Shown in pieces: positions 36,669-45,313 of a stretch of 64,000 bases of DNA. The stretch lies in NCBI GenBank assembly GCA_012800355.1, contig JAAZJL010000031.1:8596-72595 (forward strand), written 5' to 3'. The stretch's first letter is position 1. Every line of letters starts with the position of its first letter. This stretch comes from Erysipelotrichia bacterium. GTDB taxonomy: Bacteria; Bacillota_I; Bacilli_A; Erysipelotrichales; Erysipelotrichaceae. The notes under the pieces were generated by a model, which saw nothing but the letters and a program-made list of their open reading frames with translations, searched no databases and was not told the DNA's origin. Made by a program: the position numbers and the translations under genes.

Positions 36669-39591
36669 TTTTCACCTCTTCTGCATATGACAATGCTTCT
36701 TTTAACTTAACTCTTATGACATTTGAAACACCCTGCTTTTGCATAGTAATTCCATATAAAACATCACATTCAGTCATTGTTCCAGGTCTATGGGTAATAA
36801 CGATAAACTGAGTTTGATTGGTAAATTTATGAATGTAACGAGCAAATCTGTCAACATTACCTTGGTCTAAACTAGCTTCAACTTCATCAAAAATACACAA
36901 TGGCACTGGCCTAGCTTTTAATATAGCAAATAGCACACATATAGCAATTAATGATTTTTCTCCACCAGAGAAAAGTCTAATATTCTGTACGCTTTTTCCA
37001 GGTGGTTGAACATCAATATCAATACCAGTATTTAAAATATCATTTGGATCTTCTAAAATAAGTTTTGCTCTTCCACCACCAAATAAAACTGTAAAGACTT
37101 CATTTAATGAACCATTGATTCGATCAAACATATCCTTAAATTGAACAGTCATAACTTCATCCATTTCGTTTATAGCATTTAGCAGTTTATTTTTGCTGGA
37201 AGTTAAATCATCTAACTGCTTATTCATGAAGGTATATCTTTCATTAACTTCTTCAAAATCTTTTGGAGCATCTAAATTAATGTTTCCTAATTCAGAAATT
37301 TCTCTTCTCAAGACTAAAACTTCATCTTTAGCACTTTCAATATTAACATCATATTTTTGAGCTGAAGCATATTCATAGGTTAACTGATAATCTCTAGCTA
37401 ATCTTTCAAAATGATTATCTCTACTCACTAATAATTTAGCTTTTTCAACATTTAAATCATTAGCATGTTTTGAAACATCCAAAAGTTCATTTCTAACTTG
37501 TCTTAATTGAGAATATTTTCTTTGCAATTCTCCATTTGCTGAAAGTCTTCTTTCACGTTTTATTTGAATAGTGTTAGAAATATCATCTTTTTTTGCATAA
37601 GCATCATTTAAAGAAGTTACTAATTCATCTTGGTAAGTTGTTTCATCGATATCTGAATCTGGTTTAATACGATCATATTCTTCTTTTAATTTTTCATACT
37701 TTTCTCTTTTTATGTCAACAACTTCCTTTAAAGAAGCTAAAGAAACTTTTTGTGAAATTATTTTTTGTTGAGCTTCTTCTTTTAACTTGTTAAACTTCAT
37801 CAAATCAGAATTGTATTTTTCGATATTAAATTTGCTTTCTGCTTCTTTTGTTATAATTTCAGTTAACTGATTTTGATATGTTAAAGGTGATTCAACTTTT
37901 TTATTGTAACCACCACTCATTGTACCACCACGATAAACAATATCTCCATCAACAGTAATTATTTTGTATTGATAATTAAGTCTCTTAGCTAAAGATGTGG
38001 CAGTTTTTAAATCTTCTGTAACTAAAACATTTCCTAATAATGATAAAATAACAACATCATAAATTTCATCACAATCGACAAAATCACTTGCCAAGCCAAC
38101 AAAACCTTTTGTATTTTCTGCCACAAATAAATGTTCCTTATTAACATAACGTGGTCTTAAAACAGAAAGCGGTAAAAAAGTTGCAGAACCTGCTTTATTT
38201 TTCTTTAAAAAATCAATAGCATTTCTTGCTGATTTTTCATCTTTGGTAATTATGTGATATAGAGATGATGCTAAAGCTACTGAAATCATCTGTTGATAAC
38301 CATCATCAGCCACAAAACAATTACTAACAACATCATAAATTCCTTCTAAAACATTTTTGTTATTAATAACTAATTTTACTCCAACTTCTTTTTCAAATGG
38401 TGTTTTAATTAAATTTTCTAGAACACTTTTTCTATTACTTAAGTAATTAAAAGTATTATTTTCCTGATTTAGATTATTTCTAGTTTCTGATAAATTGTTT
38501 TCTAAATTAATAATTTCCTGTTCTAGTAAATCAATTGCTGCTTCAATTGTGCTAGCTCTTTTAATTCTATCTTTTAATTCAACATTTGCATCATTTAAAG
38601 CTTTCAAAGTTTCTTCAACTTTAGCTTTAGTTGTACCCGTTTCACGAATATATCTTCTTTTCTCATCAACTTCAAACTTACGTTTTTCTAGAAGTTGGAT
38701 ATCGTTTAAACTATTAAGTAAGTCCGTTTGAAGTTTATGAACATCTAAATCAATAGTATTTATTTCATCTTTTAAATCATTACTAGCATTTTCTAATATT
38801 TGAATTGTTGCTCTGGTACTTGTTTCCTGATAGTTTAAGTCAAATAGTTGCTGTTCAATGGTCTCTAAGTCATTGATTTGATTTTCTATTTCATGGACAA
38901 TAACGGCAACTTCTATCTTAGTTAATTGTTCTTTTTTTAAAATATATTCTTCAGCTTTTAAAGCTTGACGTTTTAAAGGTAAAACTTGTTTTTCAAGTTC
39001 TTGTAAAATGTCATTTAAACGATCAATATTATCTTGGGTTTTTGCTAATTTATTTAAAGATTCAATCTTTCTTTTTTTGTATTTGGCAACTCCTGCTGCT
39101 TCTTCAAAAAGCGCTCTTCTTTCTACTGGTTTAGCTTCAGCAAAAGATTGAACTGTACCTTGAGAAATCATACTTAAAGAATCCTTACCTAGCCCAGTAT
39201 CTAAAACTAAATCAATAATATCCCTTAATCTACAGGTAGTATTATTAATTAAATATTCACTTTCATTAGTGTTTTTATATAATCTTCTAGTTATTTCAAT
39301 TTCAGTAAAGTCACTATTTAATTGTTTTTTACTATTATCAAATACTAAAGAAACTTCAGCCATAGATACTGCTCTTTTCCCTTCGGCACCAGCAAAAACT
39401 ACATCACTCATACTAGAACCACGCATATTTTTTGCTGATTGTTCCCCTAATACCCACTTAATAGCATCAATAATGTTACTTTTACCACAACCATTAGGTC
39501 CAACAATACCAGTATATTCACTATCAAATTCAATAACAGTTCTATTTCCAAAAGATTTGAATCCTTGTAAAATAATACGCTTTAAAAACAT
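36655..39591 (-). CDS. smc: Chromosome partition protein Smc (short, 978 aa)
   Basis: Walker A GPNGCGKSN, a central hinge, signature LFSGGEKSL and Walker B CIFDEVEASLD. The coiled-coil arms are shorter than in Bacillus Smc. Confidence 0.95.
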   Translation of the reverse strand: MFLKRIILQGFKSFGNRTVIEFDSEYTGIVGPNGCGKSNIIDAIKWVLGEQSAKNMRGSSMSDVVFAGAEGKRAVSMAEVSLVFDNSKKQLNSDFTEIEITRRLYKNTNESEYLINNTTCRLRDIIDLVLDTGLGKDSLSMISQGTVQSFAEAKPVERRALFEEAAGVAKYKKRKIESLNKLAKTQDNIDRLNDILQELEKQVLPLKRQALKAEEYILKKEQLTKIEVAVIVHEIENQINDLETIEQQLFDLNYQETSTRATIQILENASNDLKDEINTIDLDVHKLQTDLLNSLNDIQLLEKRKFEVDEKRRYIRETGTTKAKVEETLKALNDANVELKDRIKRASTIEAAIDLLEQEIINLENNLSETRNNLNQENNTFNYLSNRKSVLENLIKTPFEKEVGVKLVINNKNVLEGIYDVVSNCFVADDGYQQMISVALASSLYHIITKDEKSARNAIDFLKKNKAGSATFLPLSVLRPRYVNKEHLFVAENTKGFVGLASDFVDCDEIYDVVILSLLGNVLVTEDLKTATSLAKRLNYQYKIITVDGDIVYRGGTMSGGYNKKVESPLTYQNQLTEIITKEAESKFNIEKYNSDLMKFNKLKEEAQQKIISQKVSLASLKEVVDIKREKYEKLKEEYDRIKPDSDIDETTYQDELVTSLNDAYAKKDDISNTIQIKRERRLSANGELQRKYSQLRQVRNELLDVSKHANDLNVEKAKLLVSRDNHFERLARDYQLTYEYASAQKYDVNIESAKDEVLVLRREISELGNINLDAPKDFEEVNERYTFMNKQLDDLTSSKNKLLNAINEMDEVMTVQFKDMFDRINGSLNEVFTVLFGGGRAKLILEDPNDILNTGIDIDVQPPGKSVQNIRLFSGGEKSLIAICVLFAILKARPVPLCIFDEVEASLDQGNVDRFARYIHKFTNQTQFIVITHRPGTMTECDVLYGITMQKQGVSNVIRVKLKEALSYAEEVKNEPV

Positions 39592-39613
39592 AAAAACCTC
39601 GTTTCACTCATCT

Positions 39614-39642
39614 ATTATACTAAATTTTACCTAACAAATAAA
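39614..39642 (-). promoter_or_regulatory. Candidate smc promoter
   Basis: On the minus strand: TTTATT, a 17-nt spacer, then TATAAT (plus-strand 39614-39619), followed by SD GAAACGAGG and ATG 39591. The -35 is weak. Confidence 0.35.
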
Positions 39643-39681
39643 CCAATATCTTATCATAGTAATTAAAATGTCGTATTTATT

Positions 39682-40470
39682 TTATAATGTTTTTATTCGA
39701 TAGTAATATTTATCAATTAAATCTAAGTTATGTTTAGCAGCATCTACTTTATCTAACCATTTATATTTTGCTTTAGCCTCTTCAGTCATCATTTTTACAT
39801 GACCATTATAGTAAATTTCTGGCATTACTCCATCTTGTAGACATAACTGTTCCATTTGAACAAATAATGATGACATTAAGAAGTTCATTAAAATTCCACT
39901 AGCTGGTCCTGTTTTTAAAGGCAAACCTTCGAGTTGACAAATTGCATCACCAATTGGACAACAGTTATCTAACACCACATCAACAACATCTTTTAGCTTT
40001 TTAGCACTTTTATGTCTAGTAATCATGGTGTCTGCATATTCAGTTGAAGTAATTCCAATTAAAGGAATTTTCTTTTCTTTAGCTCTTAAAGCTGCTTCAA
40101 CAGTCACAATATTATTACCACTATTTGAAATTAATATTAAGCAGTCTTTTTCTGGATTTATTCTCCAGTAATCAACAATAGTTTCACCAATTCCATAACA
40201 ATTTTCAATTCTTCCAATAGCTGAAAGTTGAGTTGCACCAGTTAGCGATGGTTCACATATTGCCATGAAATTGGCTGGTGATGCAGCACGATAGAACTGT
40301 TCTTGAGCTATCAACATAGAGTGCCAACAGCCAAAAGCATATATAATTCCTCCTTTTTTAGTAGTTTCAGCACAAATTTCAGCTGCTTTTATCATATTTT
40401 CTTGTTGAGTGTCTACAATTTTTAATAATATTTCATTAATACCATAATAATAATCTTTCCAAGCTTCCAT
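39682..40470 (-). CDS. SIS-domain protein (UPF0309-like sugar-phosphate binding/isomerase fold)
   Basis: 262 aa with the pattern GGIIYAFGCWHS...ILISNSGNN typical of UPF0309 SIS proteins. SD GAAGGAG. Confidence 0.7.
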   Translation of the reverse strand: MEAWKDYYYGINEILLKIVDTQQENMIKAAEICAETTKKGGIIYAFGCWHSMLIAQEQFYRAASPANFMAICEPSLTGATQLSAIGRIENCYGIGETIVDYWRINPEKDCLILISNSGNNIVTVEAALRAKEKKIPLIGITSTEYADTMITRHKSAKKLKDVVDVVLDNCCPIGDAICQLEGLPLKTGPASGILMNFLMSSLFVQMEQLCLQDGVMPEIYYNGHVKMMTEEAKAKYKWLDKVDAAKHNLDLIDKYYYRIKTL

Positions 40471-40612
40471 TTTTTATCTTCTCCTTCAATTATATTTTTC
40501 TTTAAATTAATTATAACATTGATTAATAATTACATTTTAATAATCGATGTATTCTTGCATTTAAAATAATAAATCAATTATGATATAATTACCGATGTAT
40601 GGAGGAAGACTT

Positions 40613-42376
40613 ATGTACGAACAAAGATTTGATAAATTCTTTGAAAAGGAACACGAAATTAATTATAAACCTGAAACGATGTATCAGATGTTAAAAAACT
40701 TTGCTTCAAAACATTTAAATAACATCGCATATGAATTTCAAGGGAAAAAAACTAAATATTCAGATTTATTAAATAGAATTGAAATTATTGCCAAAGCCTT
40801 AACAGCTATTGGTATTAGAGAAAATGATGCTGTAACAATTTGTATGCCTAATTGTCCCCAAGCGATTGATACTTTTTATGCAATTAATCGCATAGGTGCT
40901 GTGGCAAATATGATTCATCCACTTAGTGCTCAATCTGAGATTACTTTTTACCTAAACATTTCTAAATCAAAAGCTATACTAACTTTAGATCAATTTTATG
41001 AAAAAGTTGTTGATGCAAGAAGAGATTGTGAGCATCAAGTAATTATCTTAGTAGCTCATATTTCTGATGAATTGCCATTTCACCTAAAATACCTATATAA
41101 AATTAAAGCAGAAAATAAATATGCTCATTTACCAAATCGCTCTTATTCACTTGTTTGGAAACAATTTAAATTAATGGGTGAAAATTATCCATTACCACTA
41201 CCAAAAAATGAATTTAAAATTGATAAATGTTCAGTAATTTTATATTCAGGTGGAACCACAGGAACTACCAAAGGAATAATGTTATCAGATTTAAACTTTA
41301 ATGCTCTTTCAAAACAAGCCGTTAAAGCTATGGATGTAGAAATAAATCCTGATGATTCTGTTTTAGCAGCCATGCCATTATTTCACGGTTTTGGCTTAGG
41401 AATTGGTATTCATACCTGTATAACAAACGGAGTTTACTGTAGTTTAATACCATCATTTACCATAAAATCTTATGGCAAAACATTGTTATCTAAAAAACCT
41501 AACTTTATTGCTGGAGTTCCTACTCTTTTTGAAGCAATGCTAAGAACTCCAGGTATGGAAAAAGCTAATTTATCTTTCTTAAAAGGTATGTATTCAGGCG
41601 GAGATAGTTTATCGATTGAATTAAAAGGAAAAGTTGATAAATTCTTAAAGGATCATAAAAGCACAATTCAAATTTGTGAAGGATATGGTACAACAGAGTG
41701 TGTTACTGCATCATGTTTAACACCAAAAAATAGATATAAAGAAGGTTCAATTGGTTTACCATTTTCTGATACAGAATTTGTAATTTGTCCAGTAGGCGAA
41801 ACAAACCATTTAGACCCAAATCAAGAGGGTGAAATATGTATTTCTGGACCAACTGTTATGCTTGGTTATCTAGATGATGAAAAAGAAACAGCTGAAGTAT
41901 TAAAAATACATGAAAATGGTAAATTATATTTACATACTGGAGATTTAGGATATATAGATGAAGAAGGTTTTGTTTATTTTAAACAGAGAATTAAAAGAAT
42001 GATTATAACTTCTGGTTATAATGTCTACCCTTCTCAAATTGAAAATGTCATTGATGGACATCCAAAAGTCCAATATAGTTGTGTAATAGGGGTAAAAGAT
42101 CCATATAAAATTCAAAAAGTTAAAGCTTTTTGTGTCCTAAAACCTGGTATTATCCCAGATGATTCTATAAAAAATGAAATTAAGGAATACTGCAATAAAC
42201 ATATTGCTAAATATGCTTGTCCTAAAGAAATAGAATTTAGAGATGAATTACCAAAAACTTTAGTAGGAAAAGTTGCTTATCGTATTTTAGAGCAAGAGGA
42301 AGAAGAAAAAATAGCTGAATATGAAGCAACAAAAGCTGAAGTAAAATCATCAAATATGAAAATAAATAAAAAATAG
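40613..42376 (+). CDS. AMP-forming acyl-CoA ligase (long-chain fatty acid-CoA ligase-like)
   Basis: AMP-binding motifs YSGGTTGTTKG, GYGTTE and GDLGYIDEEGFVYFKQRIKRMI. The start is placed at ATG 40613 behind SD GGAGGA. It is the only + strand gene right of dif. Confidence 0.85.
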   Translation: MYEQRFDKFFEKEHEINYKPETMYQMLKNFASKHLNNIAYEFQGKKTKYSDLLNRIEIIAKALTAIGIRENDAVTICMPNCPQAIDTFYAINRIGAVANMIHPLSAQSEITFYLNISKSKAILTLDQFYEKVVDARRDCEHQVIILVAHISDELPFHLKYLYKIKAENKYAHLPNRSYSLVWKQFKLMGENYPLPLPKNEFKIDKCSVILYSGGTTGTTKGIMLSDLNFNALSKQAVKAMDVEINPDDSVLAAMPLFHGFGLGIGIHTCITNGVYCSLIPSFTIKSYGKTLLSKKPNFIAGVPTLFEAMLRTPGMEKANLSFLKGMYSGGDSLSIELKGKVDKFLKDHKSTIQICEGYGTTECVTASCLTPKNRYKEGSIGLPFSDTEFVICPVGETNHLDPNQEGEICISGPTVMLGYLDDEKETAEVLKIHENGKLYLHTGDLGYIDEEGFVYFKQRIKRMIITSGYNVYPSQIENVIDGHPKVQYSCVIGVKDPYKIQKVKAFCVLKPGIIPDDSIKNEIKEYCNKHIAKYACPKEIEFRDELPKTLVGKVAYRILEQEEEEKIAEYEATKAEVKSSNMKINKK

Positions 42377-42407
42377 AAAGATAATGCATAATTATCTTTC
42401 TTTTTTA
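42375..42407 (+). terminator. Rho-independent terminator after the acyl-CoA ligase gene
   Basis: AGAAAGATAAT-GCATA-ATTATCTTTCT is an 11-bp stem followed by TTTTTTAT. Confidence 0.85.
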
Positions 42408-42584
42408 TAACAAACAAATTTAAATTAATAATGTTTTTGACTTAAATTAAGGTTATTTTAGTGTTATTTACCAATAAAAGGTATAAAAATATCATCAATT
42501 TGTAAAATACTTTTAAACACATTTAAAATACTAGTTTATAAATATTAATTATTTGTCTATAATATTAAACAGTTTTTTTCTAAT

Positions 42585-43604
42585 CTATATTTCCCACTTC
42601 ATAACAGTTTTAAAATCATTAGTTAAGTCTCTTTCAAAAGCAGTATGAATATCTTTAAGCTCTCTTACAACAATTTCATCTGAAATAATAGTGTTCAAAT
42701 ATTTTTCTACATCTTTATTTTCTTTTACAAATTTTATTGATTCAAAAAAATCATTGTAACCACTTCTACTATTGCCAATTATTTTTAATCCTTTTTCAAG
42801 TATCATCCTAGTATTAATAGCAACATTTCTTTCTGATACTCCCATAAGCAAAATGCTTCCTTCGGGATTGATGTGATCAATAATTTGATTAATAGCATCT
42901 TCAGCGTTATAAGAACCAACACATTCAAAAGCATGATCAACATAAAAATCATTAGGAATTTGATCTATTTCATAAATTTCGTCAACAAATTGAAAATATC
43001 CAAGTTTATGAGGGTTTTTTCCAAATACAATAATCTTTTTATTAGGAAACTTATATTTTAGTATTAATGAAGTTATAAAACCTAAATTTCCATCGCCCCA
43101 AACTCCAAATACTTCCCTGTTTGAATGACTATAAAGTTCAAAATGTTCTATGGCATTAATTGAAACACTTAAAAGTTCTAGAAATGCTGCTACCCTATCT
43201 GAAAATCCATCATATTCAATAACTCTATTTCTATCTATTAAAACGATATTTCTCATAAATCCATCATATCCACTAGATTTAAATTTTGAACTTCTCAAGT
43301 AATTTTCCTTTATTACTTTGTTTTCTTCAATGGGAGTATTTGGTATCATGACAACTTTTGTCCCTTTTTCTATGATATTTTTCGGATCAAAAACAACCTC
43401 TCCAACCGCTTCGTGTATAAGAGCCATTGGAAGTTTTTCTTTCATAGCTTTTGTATCTCTTTTTCCATTATAGTATCTTTGATCAGAAGCACAAATAGAT
43501 AAATATGTTGGCCTAACAATTATACTATCTTCACCTAATTGTTCATCAATTTGATCCATTCTTATTTGTTTGGGTGAATATAATCTGTAAGTATGACTAA
43601 TCAT
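42585..43604 (-). CDS. tarJ: Ribitol-5-phosphate 2-dehydrogenase (TarJ-type MDR alcohol dehydrogenase)
   Basis: 339 aa. IVRPTYLSICASDQRYYNGKRD...KLPMALIHEAVGEVVFD closely follows S. aureus TarJ as I recall it. Start/stop overlap with tarI. Confidence 0.8.
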   Translation of the reverse strand: MISHTYRLYSPKQIRMDQIDEQLGEDSIIVRPTYLSICASDQRYYNGKRDTKAMKEKLPMALIHEAVGEVVFDPKNIIEKGTKVVMIPNTPIEENKVIKENYLRSSKFKSSGYDGFMRNIVLIDRNRVIEYDGFSDRVAAFLELLSVSINAIEHFELYSHSNREVFGVWGDGNLGFITSLILKYKFPNKKIIVFGKNPHKLGYFQFVDEIYEIDQIPNDFYVDHAFECVGSYNAEDAINQIIDHINPEGSILLMGVSERNVAINTRMILEKGLKIIGNSRSGYNDFFESIKFVKENKDVEKYLNTIISDEIVVRELKDIHTAFERDLTNDFKTVMKWEI

Positions 43605-44314
43605 TATTTATTACCTCGCAGCATTATCATAGAATTAGCAAGTTTTAAATCATAAAGATTTGTTATTTTTATATTTGTTGGATCTCCTTTAATAATCTTT
43701 ACTTTTTCTCCTTTAATAGAAAAAATCTTACAAGCATCAGTTAATATATCTTTTTCTTCTTTTGTTAAAGACTTATATATTTCAATCAATTTAATCATTT
43801 TAAATGTTTGTGGTGTTTGTCCTTGATACATGTATTTTCTTTCTGGTATATCAGTAATAAATTCACCATTTTTACTCTCAACAATTGTATCAGTTGCTGG
43901 AACAACAGTATCAACCGCATCATATTCATTCATTCCAAAAATATTATCATCAATTATTCTTGTTGTCACAAATGGTCTAACTGCATCATGGGTAACAATA
44001 ATATCATCTTCATATAATCCATATTTTTTTTCAATATATTGACAACCATTCATAATAGTTTCATTTCTCGTTGAGCCACCTTCTACAATATCTATTTCTT
44101 TTCCAGGTAAATATTTTTCAATGATATCTTTTGTATGACTAATCCAGTCCTTAGGTACACATACAATAATTTTATCAATATTTTTATTAATAACGAATTG
44201 TTCAATTGTGTGTATCATTATAGGTTTAGTACCCAGCATAAGAAATTGTTTAGGCATTTCAGTGTTGCCCATTCTTTTTCCTTGTCCACCCGCAAGTATT
44301 TCCGCATAAATCAT
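43604..44314 (-). CDS. tarI: Ribitol-5-phosphate cytidylyltransferase (TarI, IspD-like)
   Basis: 236 aa with AEILAGGQGKRMG...PKQFL and the IspD/TarI fold. Translational coupling with tarJ supports TarI. SD AGGAG. Confidence 0.8.
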   Translation of the reverse strand: MIYAEILAGGQGKRMGNTEMPKQFLMLGTKPIMIHTIEQFVINKNIDKIIVCVPKDWISHTKDIIEKYLPGKEIDIVEGGSTRNETIMNGCQYIEKKYGLYEDDIIVTHDAVRPFVTTRIIDDNIFGMNEYDAVDTVVPATDTIVESKNGEFITDIPERKYMYQGQTPQTFKMIKLIEIYKSLTKEEKDILTDACKIFSIKGEKVKIIKGDPTNIKITNLYDLKLANSMIMLRGNK

Positions 44315-44551
44315 ATTTTTAATCTCCTAACTCTTAAATAATTATATCAAAACAAAAACACAATTCAAATATATATAATGTTATAAATCAATTCAATTAA
44401 TTATAATTACAATTTAATTACTTTACAATTATATGCATAAAACCACTCTAAAACTTAAATAAAGCTCAATTAGGATGTTTTTTCTGAATATACGAATAAA
44501 ACTATGATTTATTTTAAAATCCTTTCTAAATGCATTAAAACAGTTAAATAA

Positions 44552-44588
44552 TAAAAAATCAGACATATTATCATAAAACATGTCTGAT
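44552..44588 (-). terminator. Rho-independent terminator after the PTS EIIB gene
   Basis: On the minus strand, ATCAGACAT-(13 nt)-ATGTCTGAT is followed by TTTTTTATT. Confidence 0.75.
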
Positions 44589-44634
44589 AAAGTACAACTT
44601 TTATAGGTTATCTTATTTATTTAACATTTTATAA

Positions 44635-45123
44635 CTATTTATCATTTTTTAAAATTTCTTGGCAATCATAACATGGGTTGGTAGGAACAGTTTGAATTTC
44701 AATCTTTATACCTTTGTTGATTAACTCTTGCATAATTTCTTTTTCATTTTCATCAGCAGAAATGCTTTGATAGAATTTTTTTCTTTTTCCACTCATTCCC
44801 ATACCACCAATATTGAATTTATCAATATCAATTCCAGCATCTATTAAAGTCTTAATAGTTGATGGTGATTTAGCGATGATCATTGTTGGTTTATCTAAAC
44901 CTTTTTTTAATGTTTCAACAGCACCTTCTACAGATTTAATTTCAACAGTTTTTTCTTTCGGAATTAATAATTGAAACATCTTTTGCATAAATGGATCTTT
45001 ACTAGAAAAATCATCAATACACATGATATTTCTTACATTTGTATAGACATTTAACCAAGCATTTACAACTTGTCCATGTATTAAACGGTCATCAACTCTA
45101 ACGAATATAATATTTTCTTGCAT
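44635..45123 (-). CDS. PTS mannose/fructose/sorbose-family EIIB component (stand-alone)
   Basis: 162 aa. The N-terminal VRVDDRLIHGQV carries the phosphorylatable His of EIIB-Man. No EIIA, EIIC or EIID gene is in the window. Confidence 0.85.
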   Translation of the reverse strand: MQENIIFVRVDDRLIHGQVVNAWLNVYTNVRNIMCIDDFSSKDPFMQKMFQLLIPKEKTVEIKSVEGAVETLKKGLDKPTMIIAKSPSTIKTLIDAGIDIDKFNIGGMGMSGKRKKFYQSISADENEKEIMQELINKGIKIEIQTVPTNPCYDCQEILKNDK

Positions 45124-45157
45124 ATCTTTCCTCCCATTTTCTAAGAACTATGGATTA

Positions 45158-45166
45158 ATTATAACA
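45158..45166 (-). promoter_or_regulatory. Extended -10 promoter for the EIIB gene
   Basis: On the minus strand, TGtTATAAT lies about 35 nt upstream of ATG 45123, followed by SD GGGAGGAAAG. It overlaps one arm of a 9-bp inverted repeat (45161-45169 / 45182-45190). Confidence 0.5.
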
Positions 45167-45313
45167 TTTTTTATTAGAAATAAATGTTATTTTATATTTA
45201 TCAATTATAACTTTTAATATTAAGATAAAATATATAGCTATTATACTTCTAACTACAATATTCTTATAGATACTTTTTTATATTTTTTATCAAAGTAAAT
45301 ATATTAGAGAATT

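Noticed and set aside
39269-39634. 121-aa plus-strand ORF overlapping the smc start. Similar cases are 46810-47115 over cls/rseP, 33109-33321 over dnaE/nrnA, and 15388-15588 over the lipoprotein N-terminus.
   Set aside because: These are shadow ORFs of the real genes on the other strand. They run through promoter/SD regions and have no start context of their own.
43604-44314. Calling the IspD-like cytidylyltransferase the MEP-pathway enzyme IspD, since dxr and ispA are in the window.
   Set aside because: It is translationally coupled to a TarJ-type ribitol-5-phosphate dehydrogenase, and its N-terminus follows TarI. A true ispD is probably elsewhere.
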